Source: Macrostomum lignano
Lineage: Eukaryota
Direction of reading: 5' to 3'
DNA: 64,000 nucleotides
Assembly (NCBI GenBank): GCA_002269645.1
Contig: NIVC01000179.1
Coordinates: 1-64,000 of the forward strand
The notes beneath the pieces were generated by a model. The model was not told the DNA's origin. It did no database searches and was given only the letters and a program-made list of their open reading frames with translations. This document shows, piece after piece, positions 45,648 to 57,095 of this stretch; position 1 is the stretch's first letter, and each line of letters opens with the position of its first letter. The translations under genes and the position numbers were made by a program.

Positions 45648-47640
45648 ATGCCTGACTACGAAGTTTCGATCACCTGCAAAGACCTGGCCGACAAAGACCT
45701 GTTTAGCAAGTCCGATCCAGTGCTCATCCTGCTGGAGAATGTGCCCAACTCCAAACGATTCATCGAAGTTGGCAAAACCGAGCTCATCAAGGACTGCTTG
45801 AATCCGCAATTCTCCCGGAAGTTCCGATTGTCCGCCGCTCAGGATCAGAATCCCAAGCTGCGGGTTGCCGTTGTCGATATTGACAACTTTGAGGATGTGG
45901 AGAAAATTGCCGATCAGGAGTTTATCGGTGAGCAGAGTGGAGAGGTTATTGATGAGTTTATCGGTGAGTATAGAGTGGAGAGTCTATTGATGAGTTTATC
46001 GGTGAGCAGAGTGGAGAGTTTATTGATGAGTTTATCGGTGGGTAGAGTGGAGAGTTTATTGATGAGTTTATCGGTGAGCAGAGTGGAGAGTCTATTGATG
46101 AGTTTATCGGTGAGCAGAGTGGAGAGTTTATTGATGAGTTTATCGGTGAGTATAGAGTGGAGAGTTTATTGATGAGTTTATCGGTGAGCAGAGTGGAGAG
46201 TTTATTGATGAGTTTATCGGTGGGTAGAGTGGAGAGTTTATTGATGAGTTTATCGGTGAGCAGAGTGGAGAGTTTATTGATGAGATTACCGGTGAGCAGA
46301 GTGGAGAGTTTATTGATGAGTTTATCGGTGAGCAGAGTGGAGAGTTTATTGATGAGTTTATCGGTGGGTAGAGTGGAGAGTTTATTGATGAGTTTATCGG
46401 TGAGTATAGAGTGGAGAGTTTATTGATGAGTTAACCGGTGGTTAGAGTGGAGAGTTTATTGATGAGTTTATCGGTGAGCAGAGTGGAGAGTTTATTGATG
46501 AGTTTATCGGTGGGTAGAGTGGAGAGTTTATTGATGAGTTTATCGGTGGGTAGAGTGGAGAGTCTATTGATGAGTTTATCGGTGAGCAGAGTGGAGAGGT
46601 TATTGATGAGTTTATCGGTGGGTAGAGTGGAGAGTCTATTGATGAGTTTATCGGTGAGCAGAGTGGAGAGTTTATTGATGAGTTTATCGGTGGGTAGAGT
46701 GGAGAGTTTATTGATGAGTTTATCGGTGAGTATAGAGTGGAGAGTTTATTGATGAGTTTATCGGTGAGTATAGAGTGGAGAGTTTATTGATGAGTTTATC
46801 GGTGGGTAGAGTGGAGAGTTTATTGATGAGTTTATCGGTGGGTAGAGTGGAGAGTTTATTGATGAGTTTATCGGTGAGCAGAGTGGAGAGTTTATTGATG
46901 AGTTTATCGGTGGGTAGAGTGGAGGGTTTATTGATGAGTTTATCGGTGGGTAGAGTGGAGGGTTTATTATATCGCATGGTGCATTGCTGCACCATTTTGC
47001 CTGATTTTGACCTTGTCGTTTTTCGGGCGGCCACACAAATGGTTAACAATTTTCGCATGTTCTACTTGTAGTATAAATATGCCAATTTTTCTCACTCGCA
47101 GGCCGGGCAGATTTTCATCTGTCGGACCTGGTTACCAGCCCAATGTTCACCGCCAGCCTCGGCAGGGACTGCGGCCTCGTCACCCTCAAGACGTCGCCCT
47201 ACGATGCCCAACTCGACGGCCTCGTCTCCATGGAGATCGGCAGCGGCAGCGACCCCGACGGCCTACTGAAAGGTGGCTCGAATTTCCTAGAAATCCACCG
47301 GGCCGACCACGCGGCCACGCTGGCCGACGTTGGCCGGGTTTGCTCGTCGGCTTACAGCCTGGCTCACCGGACCGACCAGCTGCAGGGCGCCGACTTCCGG
47401 CTGGCCGACCTGTCGCTGTTCACCCTGTGCCGCGGCGACCCGCACCGCCTGCTCCGACTGGAGTGCTGGCGCCGTGGTAGCCGCGGCTCCCACCGCCTGC
47501 TGGCTAGCGGGCACACCAGCCTGGAGGAGCTGCGGCAGCTGGCGGAGGCCGGCGGCGACGGCGTTGAACTCGCAGATCAGCGAGGCCGCACCCTGCGCCT
47601 GACGGTCAGGGCGGTCAGCGTCAGCCCCTACAAAGGCTGA
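45648..47640 (+). CDS. Copine-like tandem C2-domain protein, 2 exons, about 272 aa, ending without a vWA domain
   Basis: Exons 45648-45927 and 47102-47640 (phase 1). C2A: SITCKDLADKDLFSKSDP...GKTELIKDCLNPQF...VVDID...EFIG. Degenerate C2B: LCRGDPHRLLRLECW...GSHRLLASGHTSLEEL. Confidence 0.78.
45928..46970. repeat. 36-bp minisatellite GTGAGCAGAGTGGAGAGTTTATTGATGAGTTTATCG, about 29 copies, beginning exactly at the copine-like splice donor
   Basis: The unit ends with the same GAGTTTATCG as the exon 1 3' end and starts with GTGAG or GTGGG. Confidence 0.95.
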
Positions 47641-47819
47641 CTCGGTTCTTGGGGCTGTTCTAGAATAACTTGATGGGCCCCTTTGGTATGTTGGCTTGGT
47701 TTAACAGTTTCAACTACTTCTGGTTCAGTAGTAAAGAAGGCATGCGTAAGCTATTTTAAAAAAATAAAGGGCAGTTGGGGGAATGACTTTTTGGTGTGGA
47801 CAGCTTGTGAACAGCTGTA

Positions 47820-48685
47820 ATGTACTGTGGCCAGTGCCACTGATAATGTACTTTGGCCAGTGTCACTGATAATGTACTTTGGCCAGTGTCACTGATAATG
47901 TACTTTGGCCAGTGCCACTGATAATGTACTTTGGCCAGTGCCACTGATAATGTACTTTGGCCAGTGTCACTGATAATGTACTTTGGCCAGTGCCACTGAT
48001 AATGTACTTTGGCCAGTGTCACTGATAATGTACTTTGGCCAGTGCCACTGATAATGTACTTCGGCCAGTGTCACTGATAATGTACTTTGGCCAGTGCCAC
48101 TGATAATGTACTTTGGCCAGTGCCACTGATAATGTACTTTGGCCAGTGCCACTGATAATGTACTTTGGCCAGTGTCACTGATAATGTACTTTGGCCAGTG
48201 CCACTGATAATGTACTTTGGCCAGTGTCACTGATAATGTACTTTGGCAAGTGCCACTGATAATGTACTTTGGCCAGTGTCACTGATAATGTACTTTGGCC
48301 AGTGTCACTGATAATGTACTTTGGCCAGTGTCACTGATAATGTACTTTGGCCAGTGCCACTGATAATGTACTTTGGCCAGTGCCACTGATAATGTACTTT
48401 GGCCAGTGTCACTGATAATGTACTTTGGCAAGTGCCACTGATAATGTACTTTGGCCAGTGTCACTGATAATGTACTTTGGCCAGTGTCACTGATAATGTA
48501 CTTTGGCCAGTGTCACTGATAATGTACTTTGGCCAGTGCCACTGATAATGTACTTTGGCCAGTGCCACTGATAATGTACTTTGGCCAGTGTCACTGATAA
48601 TGTACTTTGGCCAGTGCCACTGATAATGTACTTTGGCCAGTGCCACTGATAATGTACTTTGGCCAGTGTCACTGATAATGTACAT
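47820..48685. repeat. 26-bp minisatellite TGGCCAGTGYCACTGATAATGTACTT, about 33 copies
   Basis: Directly visible; contains the TGGCCA and CAGTG-Y-CACTG palindromes. Confidence 0.96.
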
Positions 48686-49934
48686 GCCGGCTGGACAGAG
48701 GAAGTAGTTTTTCTTAGAAATTAAACCAATTCGTATAATGCTTCGATTTCAATTTCCGCTGAACCGAAAATAGATTTTAGTTATCTTGGTATCTGTGGCC
48801 CAGAAGGATGCTGAAATGTGATGGATGCTTTGTGTCTATGTATAATAACCTACTGAAACGAGGAGAATGTCTATGCCTTTGGCAACCCCTACAACAACAA
48901 CTCGAGGGGAGGGGGTGGGTGGAGCGGGGGTGTGGGGGGCAGCAGCATTGCATAGACATTCTCCTCGTTTCAGTAGGTTATTGAAATGTATCTCACGAAT
49001 GCAAGGAGCGGAGAATATTGACTAGATTCGCGGAGATTATTAGTATTCTTAGCTCCCTGTATTCGTCGGACACGTTTTGTCTATGGTAGAAAAAAGTGTT
49101 CAATCAACCTCACTCTGGCTCACGGCGTTAATTTTATTGTCTATGGCAGCGGAGGTTACTTAGTGAGAATCTCCGCTAGCAAAGCACAAGCGACATAGAC
49201 AAGGTGTACAGGCAAAGTGGGATGCATCCTTGGAACATTGAGAATAAATTATCAGAAGGTTGGACTGTTGTAAAACATATGTAAATTTTGTGCAAATACG
49301 ACAGTAAAGATCATTGACTACTCATACAGTCGTTATAAGTAGCAAAATCAGGTCTATAATTTTTTCGCTATACATTAATTGTTTAATCCAAAGAATCGGT
49401 TCTCAAGCATGACTTTGTTACCCACTAAAACATTTTTGTTCAATCCGATTATGACAATTGTGATTTGAGAAGGCTGTTTCATAAATTGTAACTTCTCGTC
49501 GCTTTCAAATTGCTGCCTCACCGTGACACTACTGTTAGTAGCTGTTTGGCAAGTTTCTATTGTTATTTTCACACCATATAAAGTTTAACATACGCTTGAA
49601 TTTTTTTCAGTCTGAACTTTTGTTGTGTGCACAATGCGCAAAAAGTACAAGTCAATTTTATTTATTGTCTCAATCAGATAAGACCATTTTGGAGACTTTT
49701 AAGCGCCTGAGCATCAGTGCTTGTGCATTGCATTGCAAGATAGCAGGAAGAAAAATGTGCCTGTTGTTACTATTAGTACTAGTAAATGGAGCTGCTTAAT
49801 TATCCGTTTATTTTGCATCTGCCATCTCAAATGCCATGAAGCATGGGATTGTGGACTGAAAATGCATTGATCTAGTGAGGTGCTGCATGTCTGCTGCAGT
49901 TGTGGGTCGGGATTGAAGGATTATAGGTCACTAA

Positions 49935-50100
49935 ACAGTGGACAGACCGGTGGACAGGTCAGTGGACAGGTCGATAGACAGGTCGATAGACAGGTCGATA
50001 GACAGGTCGATAGACAGGTCGATAGACAGATCAGTTGACAGATCAGTGGACAGGTCAGTGGACAGGTCAGTGTACAGGTCAATGGGCAGGTCAGTAGTCA
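49935..50100. repeat. 12-bp tandem repeat GACAGGTCGATA / GACAGGTCAGTG
   Basis: Directly visible. Confidence 0.85.
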
Positions 50101-50293
50101 TAGGTTTTTGAAGGAGCCTCACAAAGACAATTTCGGCTAGAAAAAGCGACAGGAAATGTTTATCCTTTAAATTAATTAAATTGATACGCAGAAGACAAAA
50201 ATATATAGATGTTAATTTACAGCCAACACAGACTGGATATCTTTCATTCACTTTCATTATAAAAATGAATAACATACAGCATTGACATTTGAG

Positions 50294-53200
50294 TTAGAGG
50301 CCGGGTTTCAGCCTCCAGATAAACTTGATGGGGCATTTCTTCTGTGCCTTTTTGCGCTGAAATGTAAACAGCCAATCGGCAGTCATGGTGAAGTCCACCG
50401 CGTTATTGAGGCTCTGCAGATGAGGAAGAATTGGGTAGGTTCTGCAGTTTGGGTAGGGACTGCAGTTTGGGTAGGTTCTGCAGTCTGGGTAGGTTCTGCA
50501 GTCTGGGTAGGTTCTGCAGTCTGGGTAGGTTCTATAATCTGGATAGGTTCTGCAGTCTGGGTAGGTTCTGCAGTCTGGGTAGGTTCTATAATCTGGATAG
50601 GTTCTGCAATCTGGGTAGGTTCTGCAATCTGGGTAGGCTCTGCAGTTTGGGTAGGTTCTGCAGTCTGGGTAGGTTCTATAATCTGGATAGGTTCTGCAAT
50701 CTGGGTAGGTTCTGCAATCTGGGTAGGTTCTGCAGTTTGGGTAGGTTCTGCAGTTTGGGTAGGTTCTGCAGTTTGGGTAGGTTCTGCAGTTTGGGTAGGT
50801 TCTGCAGTCTAGGTAGGTTCTGAAATCTAGGTAGGTTCTATAATCTGGATAGGTTCTGCAATCTAGGTAGGTTCTGCAGTCTGGGTAGGTTCTGCAGTTT
50901 GGGTAGGTTCTGCAGTTTGGGTAGGTTCTGCAGTCTAGGTAGGTTCTGAAATCTAGGCAGGTTTTGCAGTCTGGGTAGGTTCTGCAGTCTGGGTAGGTTC
51001 TGCAATCTGGGTAGGTTCTGCAGTCTGGGTAGGTTCTGCAGTCTGGGTAGGTTCTGCAGTCTGGGTAGGTTCTGCAGTCTGGGTAGACTCAAACCTGTGC
51101 TAGAAATGCCCCAGTACGCACCGACAGCAGGGATTTCATGTCCTCTCGGCGGCAGGTGACGGCCACGCCGTCTTCAACCACGGCGGCCACATTTCCGGAC
51201 AGTCCGACCGAGCGTCCGGACAGGTGGGCAGCCACCGCGATGAAGCTGAGCCCGGTCACTGCGGGGGGATTAACGGAGCAGCTGGTCTCAAATATTATTG
51301 AACAGCTGATTATTCAACAATGTTTAGGAGCGGAAAGTGTCTGCATGGCGCCAAAATAGGTGTCTGCATGGCGCCAAAACTGATATCTGCATGGCACCAA
51401 AATAGGTGTCTGCATGGCGCCAAAATTGATGTCTGCATGGCGCCAAAACTAATGTCTGCATGGCACCAAAATAGGTGTCTGCATGGCACTAAAATAGGTG
51501 TCTGCATGGCGCCAAAATTGATGTCTGCATGGCGCCAAAACTAATGTCTGCATGGCACCAAAATAGGTGTCTGCATGGCACTAAAATAGGTGTCTGCATG
51601 GCACCAAAATAGGTGTCTGAATGCCCCAAAATAGGTGTCTGAATGGCACAAAAATAGGTGTCTGCATGGCGCCAAAATTGATGTCCACATGGCGCCAAAA
51701 TAGGTGTCCGCAAAGCGCCAAAGCTGGGTTTAGGAGGGCGCCAAAATTCGGCCATGTCACTGATTGAGAACCTATTGAGAGCCTTCCAACACTTTCACAT
51801 TAGAGTAAAGCAACGACGCTCATGGAAACCAGCAGACAGTAATAAATAATGTGCTCAATAGCTGTCAGATCTAATCTCCAGCCAGAATTGTTCTCAAGCT
51901 CACCTGTCGGCTTGCTGACAGTTTTGGCGCTAAACAGAGCGGTCTCCAGGCCCACCTGTTGCTGCCCGCTGCCGTTGCCGTTGCCCGGCGTCTCCTTGGC
52001 AACCAGGTGAGCGTCGGCAAACTGGCAGAGCTCGCCGCCGATGGCCAGGACTCCGTCGGTATCAGGCGAGTACAGCCGCAGCAGGGCGCCGAGATCCGGG
52101 TGGCGTTTGCGCGCGATGGACACAGAGATCTGGCCGGAGCCCTGCTCCAGGGTGATGGTGCACTCGCGGAGTCTGGGGATCATGCCCTGGCGGGGACCGA
52201 GCACGTCCTGCGGGGTTGCAGCGATTGCCGGGGTAGTGAGGTGGACACCAGCCTGACCTGCGGATCCTCGCACACTGACAATTCTTTGGGACAAGAGTGA
52301 ATAGATGAGGAATGCGAAAAGACGGAGAGAGGGAGAGAAGCGAGAGGGAGAGAGGAGGAGAGTGAGAGGGGGGAGTAAGGGGGACAGAGAGGAGGAGAGT
52401 GAGAGAGAGAGAGAGAGGGAGAGGGGGAGGCTGAGAATGGGAGAGTAAGAGGGGGAGAGAGGGGGAGAGTGAAAGGGGGAGAATGAGAGAGGGAGAAGGG
52501 AAGAGTGAGAGTGAGGGAGGGAGAGGGGGAGAGCGAGAGGGGAAGAGTAAGAGGGGGAGAGAGGGGGAGAGTGAGAAGTGGAGAGAGGGGGAGAGTAAAA
52601 GGGGGAGAATGAGAGAGGGAGAGGGGGAGAGTGAGAGAGGGAGAGTGAGAGGGAGAGCGGAGAGCTGATGACAAGCGAAGGTGGAGATGGCTATGGGGAG
52701 ACGGCACAGACAGCAATTCATTTTGAGTCGCAGCTGTATTGGGCAGTGAGATGGAAGTCACCAGCCCGGCTACAGACCGACTTATCGCGTGCCGGACACC
52801 CGGCGCGCAGAACCCATTTAGCGAACGAGGCCGAGATCCCCAGACGGGATAAAAATCCCCCCTTCCCAACAAGGATAAAGTCGCAGGCCCTGCCAGGCCG
52901 CAGCCTCAGAAACCAATTAAGGCAGCATCCTGGCGGGACTTAGTTGACTATTTGATGGGGGAAACTGCGCCGCGTGCAGGCTGGGATGCAGTCCCCCGGG
53001 AAGGGGGGGAGTTCTCACCCTCCCCAGCCCGGCCCCATGATGAATCTTCCCATAGCAGGCTGTCCCCCCCCTTTGTCAGGAGGCTGATGGATGGCGGGAA
53101 CGGCACTGCAGCAGGTCTCACCACTGCTTCTTTTCTGCGGGAGAAAACTCAATTGAGTTTAGAAACTTTTTCGCTCCAGCCGGGATTAAGCAAATTAAAA

Positions 53201-53921
53201 GGTATGGCTAGAGAGGATCAGACTGAAAAATCCTCAATCCCCAGCGACAGAGTCTCCGAGTCTATTGTACTTGGGGAGTGAACAAGGTGAATTCCTCTAA
53301 TTGCTTACTGGCCCAGCTATGCTGGCTCTAAAAGCGTTTTAATTAGAAAGGCACTGGGAAGGGACTACACAACTAACAATTCAGGCTTGGGGAGAAAGCC
53401 AAGAGAGATAGAAAATAGGGTTAGATGGGTGCTATTCAGGGAGAAAAGGGGAGGGCGAGTAAGGGGGAGAAGGGGAGGAAGAGATTAAGGGGGAGATGGG
53501 GAGGGAGATTAAGGGAGAGATAGGGAGGAAGATTAAGGGGGAGATGGGGAGGGAGATTAAGGGGGAGATGGGGAGGAAGATTCAGGGGGAGATGGGGAGG
53601 GAGATTAAGGGGGAGATGGGGAGGAAGATTAAGGGGGGATGGGGAGGAAGATTAAGGGGGAGATGGGGAGGAAGATTAAGGGGGAGATGGGGAGGAAGAT
53701 GAAGGGGGAGATGGGGAGGAAGATTAAGAGGGAGATGGGGAGGAAGATTAAGGGGGATGGGGAGGAAGATCAAGGGGGAGATGGGAGGGTGAGAACAAGG
53801 GGAGAAGGGAAGGGAGAGAGAAAGGAGAGAGATTATAACATCCTAAACCTAAAATTTTTCTAGCAGATTAATCTAGACTACAAAATATCAGTGTTCGTTA
53901 AATCTAATGGCTTATTTTTTT

Positions 53922-53953
<32 letters not shown>

Positions 53954-56900
53954 CACAGTGGCAGCAGTCCCATACTCACCTTGAACATGGAGTACACGGA
54001 GCGGCTGGGGTCGTGGAACAGGGCAGGCCGGTACCTGTGGCTGATCAGTGAGCACGGGTACACGCCCTCCTCCTCGCCGAGCCTGAGCAGCAGCCTCAGC
54101 GGGGCGTGCATGAGATAGGGCACCTCTCTGGTGTGCACCAGCCGGCACACCAGCAGGCTGCCGAAGTCGGCCGGATTAACCAGGCCGTGGAAGCACTGGC
54201 CGCTTTCCATGAAGTACAGCACTCCGCCGATGAAGGCGCTGCCTAGGAATGCGCTGCCCGGCTGGAACACCGTGTGGTCCAGGTCGCCAACCACCTCGCC
54301 TGCGGTATCACCCGGTTTAGTGACTGGCGAATTGTCTGACTCATTGACTTACTAATATACTGACTCATTTTCTGACTCATTGACTGACTAATTTTATGAC
54401 TCATTGACTGACTCATTGACTGACTCATTGACTGACTCATTGACTTACTAATATACTGACTCATTTTCTGACTTATTGACTGACTCATTGACTGAGTCAT
54501 TGACTCACTAATATACTGATTCATTTTCTGACTCATTGACGACTCATTGACTGACTCATTGATTTACTAATATACTGACTCATTTTCTGACTCATTGAGG
54601 ACTCATTGAGGACTCATTGATTTACTAATATACTGACTCATTTTCTGACTCATTGACGACTAATATACTGACTCATTGACTTACTAATACAATGACTCAT
54701 TTTTTCGTTCATTTGTTTTTTAATGATAGATTTTCCTACAAGCTCTGACTCACTATCATAGCACAATATCCTATTGTCTCACGATTCACTATCTAACAGT
54801 TTATGATAGTTTATCAGAGTCTATCACGAATTTTCTCACCCTCCTTGGCCTTTTTGAGCACTCCGGTGAACAGCTGGACAATGTCAGGCGGCACCCCGCT
54901 GTCCATTGCCAGGTGCTCCAGCACCATCAGCAGGTCCGTCTGGCCTAGCTTGCGGAGACCTTCGCTGCGGAACACCCATACAGTCTTCTGGGAGCAGCAG
55001 ACCACTGGAGCAGTGGAGCAGGTATGTGAGGTAGTGAGAGTTGATACGGGTTAAGAGGGGCAAGTCAGGGGTAATCCAACAGGGGAAATCCAACAGGGGA
55101 ATCCAACAGGCGAAATCCAACAGGGGAATTCCAACAGGGGAAATCCAACAAGGGAAACCCAACAGGGGAAATCTAACAGGCGAAATCCAACAGGAGAAAT
55201 CCAACAGGAAATCCAACAGAGGAAAACCAACAGGGGAAATCCAACAGGAGAAACCCAACAGGAGAAATCTAACAGGCGAAATCCAACAGGAGAAATCGAA
55301 CAGGAAATCCAACAGGGGAAATCCAACAGGAGAAACCCAACAGGGGAAATCCAACAGGGGAAATCCAACAGGGGAAATCCAACAGGGGAACCCAACAGGG
55401 GAACCCAACAGGGGAAATCCAACAGGGGAAATCTAACAGGCGAAATCCAAAAGGAGAAATCCAACAGGAAATCCAACAGAGGAAAACCAAAAGGGGAAAT
55501 CCAACAGGAGAAACTCAACAGGGGAAATCTAACAGGCGAAATCCAACAGGAGAAATCGAACAGGAAATCCAACAGGGGAAATCCGACAGGGGAAATCCAA
55601 CAGGGGAAATCCAACAGGAAAAACCCAACAGGGGAAATCCAACAGGGGAAATCCAACAGGGGAAATCCAACAGGGGAACCCAACAGGGGAACCCAACAGG
55701 GGAAATCCAACAGGAGAAATCCAACAGGCGAAATCCTACAGGGGAAATCCAACAGGGAAAATCCAACAGGGGAAATCCAACAGGAAAAATCCAACAGGGG
55801 AAATCCAACAAAAGAAATCCTACAGGGGAACCCAACAGGGGAACCCAACAGGGGAAATCCAACAGGGGGAATCCAACAGGAAAAATCCTACAGGGGAAAT
55901 CCAACAGGGGAAATCCAACAAGGGAAACCCAACAGGGGAAATCTAACAGGCGAAATCCAACAGGAGAAATCCAACAGGAAATCCAACAGGAGAAATCCAA
56001 CAGGAAATCCAACAGAGGAAAACCAACAGGGGAAATCCAACAGGAGAAACCCAACAGGGGAAATCTAACAGGCGAAATCCAACAGGAGAAATCCAACAGG
56101 AAATCCAACAGGGGAAATCCAACAGGGGAAATCCAACAAGGGAAACCCAACAGGGGAAATCTAACAGGAGAAATCCTACAGGGGAACCCAACAGGAAAAA
56201 TCCACACAGGGGAAATCCAACAAGAGAAATCCTACAGGGGAACCCAACAGGGAACCCAACAGGGGAAATCCAACAGGGGAAATCCAACAGGCGAAATCCT
56301 ACAGGGGAAGTCCAACAGGGGAAATCCAACAGGAGAAATCCAACAGGGGAAATCCAACAGGAGAAATCCAACAGGGGAAATCCAACAGGGGAAATCCAAC
56401 AGGGGAAATCCAATAGGAGAAATCCCACAGGGGAACCCAACAAGGGAACCCAACAGGGGAAATCCAACAGGGGAAATCCAACAGGGGAAATCCAACAGGC
56501 GAAATCCAACAGGGAAAATCCAACAGGGGAAATCCAACAGGAGAAATTAAACAGGGAAATCCAACAGGGGAAATCCAACAGGGGAAATCCAACAAGGAGA
56601 ATCCGACGCGGAAAATCCAACAAGGGAAATCCGACGCGGAAAATCCAACAGGGGAATCCAGCAGGAATAATGCAGCAGGGATAATCCAGCAAGGATAATC
56701 CAGTAGAGATAATCCGCTCAGCGTCCCAGTGACTCACGCGTGATGAGACGCACTTTGACGGTGACCCGGTTCGGCGCCTCCTGCAGCACGAACTCCCAGT
56801 CCATGGCGTCAGTGGCGTCCTCCTGTTGCTGCCTGACCAGAGTTTTCAACTTCTCTGTCTGCTGCGGCGAGGTGGTCTCTGACGTCGGATCGGTGATGCA

Positions 56901-57095
56901 GCGACGCTGCTGTCGCTGCTGCTGCAGAGGAGACGCCGTCCCAGTTGTGAGGGTGTGGCTCTTCTCGACCTGGTCTGAAAGGCGGCCAGTTGGATAGCGC
57001 TTGGAGAACAGCGCGGGCTGCTGGTCCTGCACTTCCTTCTGTCTGACCAGGCGGGCCTTCGCCAGCTTAAGCGGCGATCTGGCGGCCTTGCTCAT
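50294..57095 (-). CDS. SARA/endofin (ZFYVE9/ZFYVE16)-like C-terminal-domain protein, at least 6 exons, at least 467 aa; 5' end uncertain
   Basis: Exons 57095-56738, 55004-54840, 54299-53980, 52207-51904, 51258-51122, 50413-50294; all GT-AG and phase-consistent. Segments align by eye to the SARA C-terminal region: WVFRSEGLRKLGQTDLLMVL, GGVLY, PLRLLLRLGEE.GVYPCSL, ADAHLV, VTGLSF, VVEDGVAV, DFTMT. Confidence 0.8.
50431..51085. repeat. 18-bp minisatellite GGGTAGGTTCTGCAGTCT filling the last intron of the SARA-like gene
   Basis: Occupies nearly all of intron 50414-51121. Confidence 0.96.
51335..51735. repeat. 23-bp minisatellite ATGGCGCCAAAATAGGTGTCTGC in an intron of the SARA-like gene
   Basis: Directly visible. 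Confidence 0.93.
52320..52670. repeat. GA-rich low-complexity tract (intronic)
   Basis: Polypurine tract; source of the Pro/Ser/Leu-rich spurious ORFs. Confidence 0.85.
53460..53800. repeat. 24-bp purine-rich minisatellite ATGGGGAGGAAGATTAAGGGGGAG (intronic)
   Basis: Directly visible. Confidence 0.9.
54335..54700. repeat. Intronic compound repeat built from TGACTCAT / TGAC units
   Basis: About 19 TGASTCA heptamers by manual count. Confidence 0.9.
55060..56710. repeat. About 14-bp minisatellite GGGGAAATCCAACA filling intron 55005-56737
   Basis: More than 100 degenerate units; source of the FPCWISPVG repeat ORFs. Confidence 0.95.

Noticed and set aside
43385-48685. CRISPR-like appearance of the 50-, 36- and 26-bp arrays
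   Set aside because: Units are head-to-tail with no unique spacers, there are no cas genes, and the context is eukaryotic.
55060-56710. NF-kB-like GGGAAATCC site array
   Set aside because: It does not fit the 10-bp GGGRNNYYCC consensus, and there is no evidence beyond motif resemblance.
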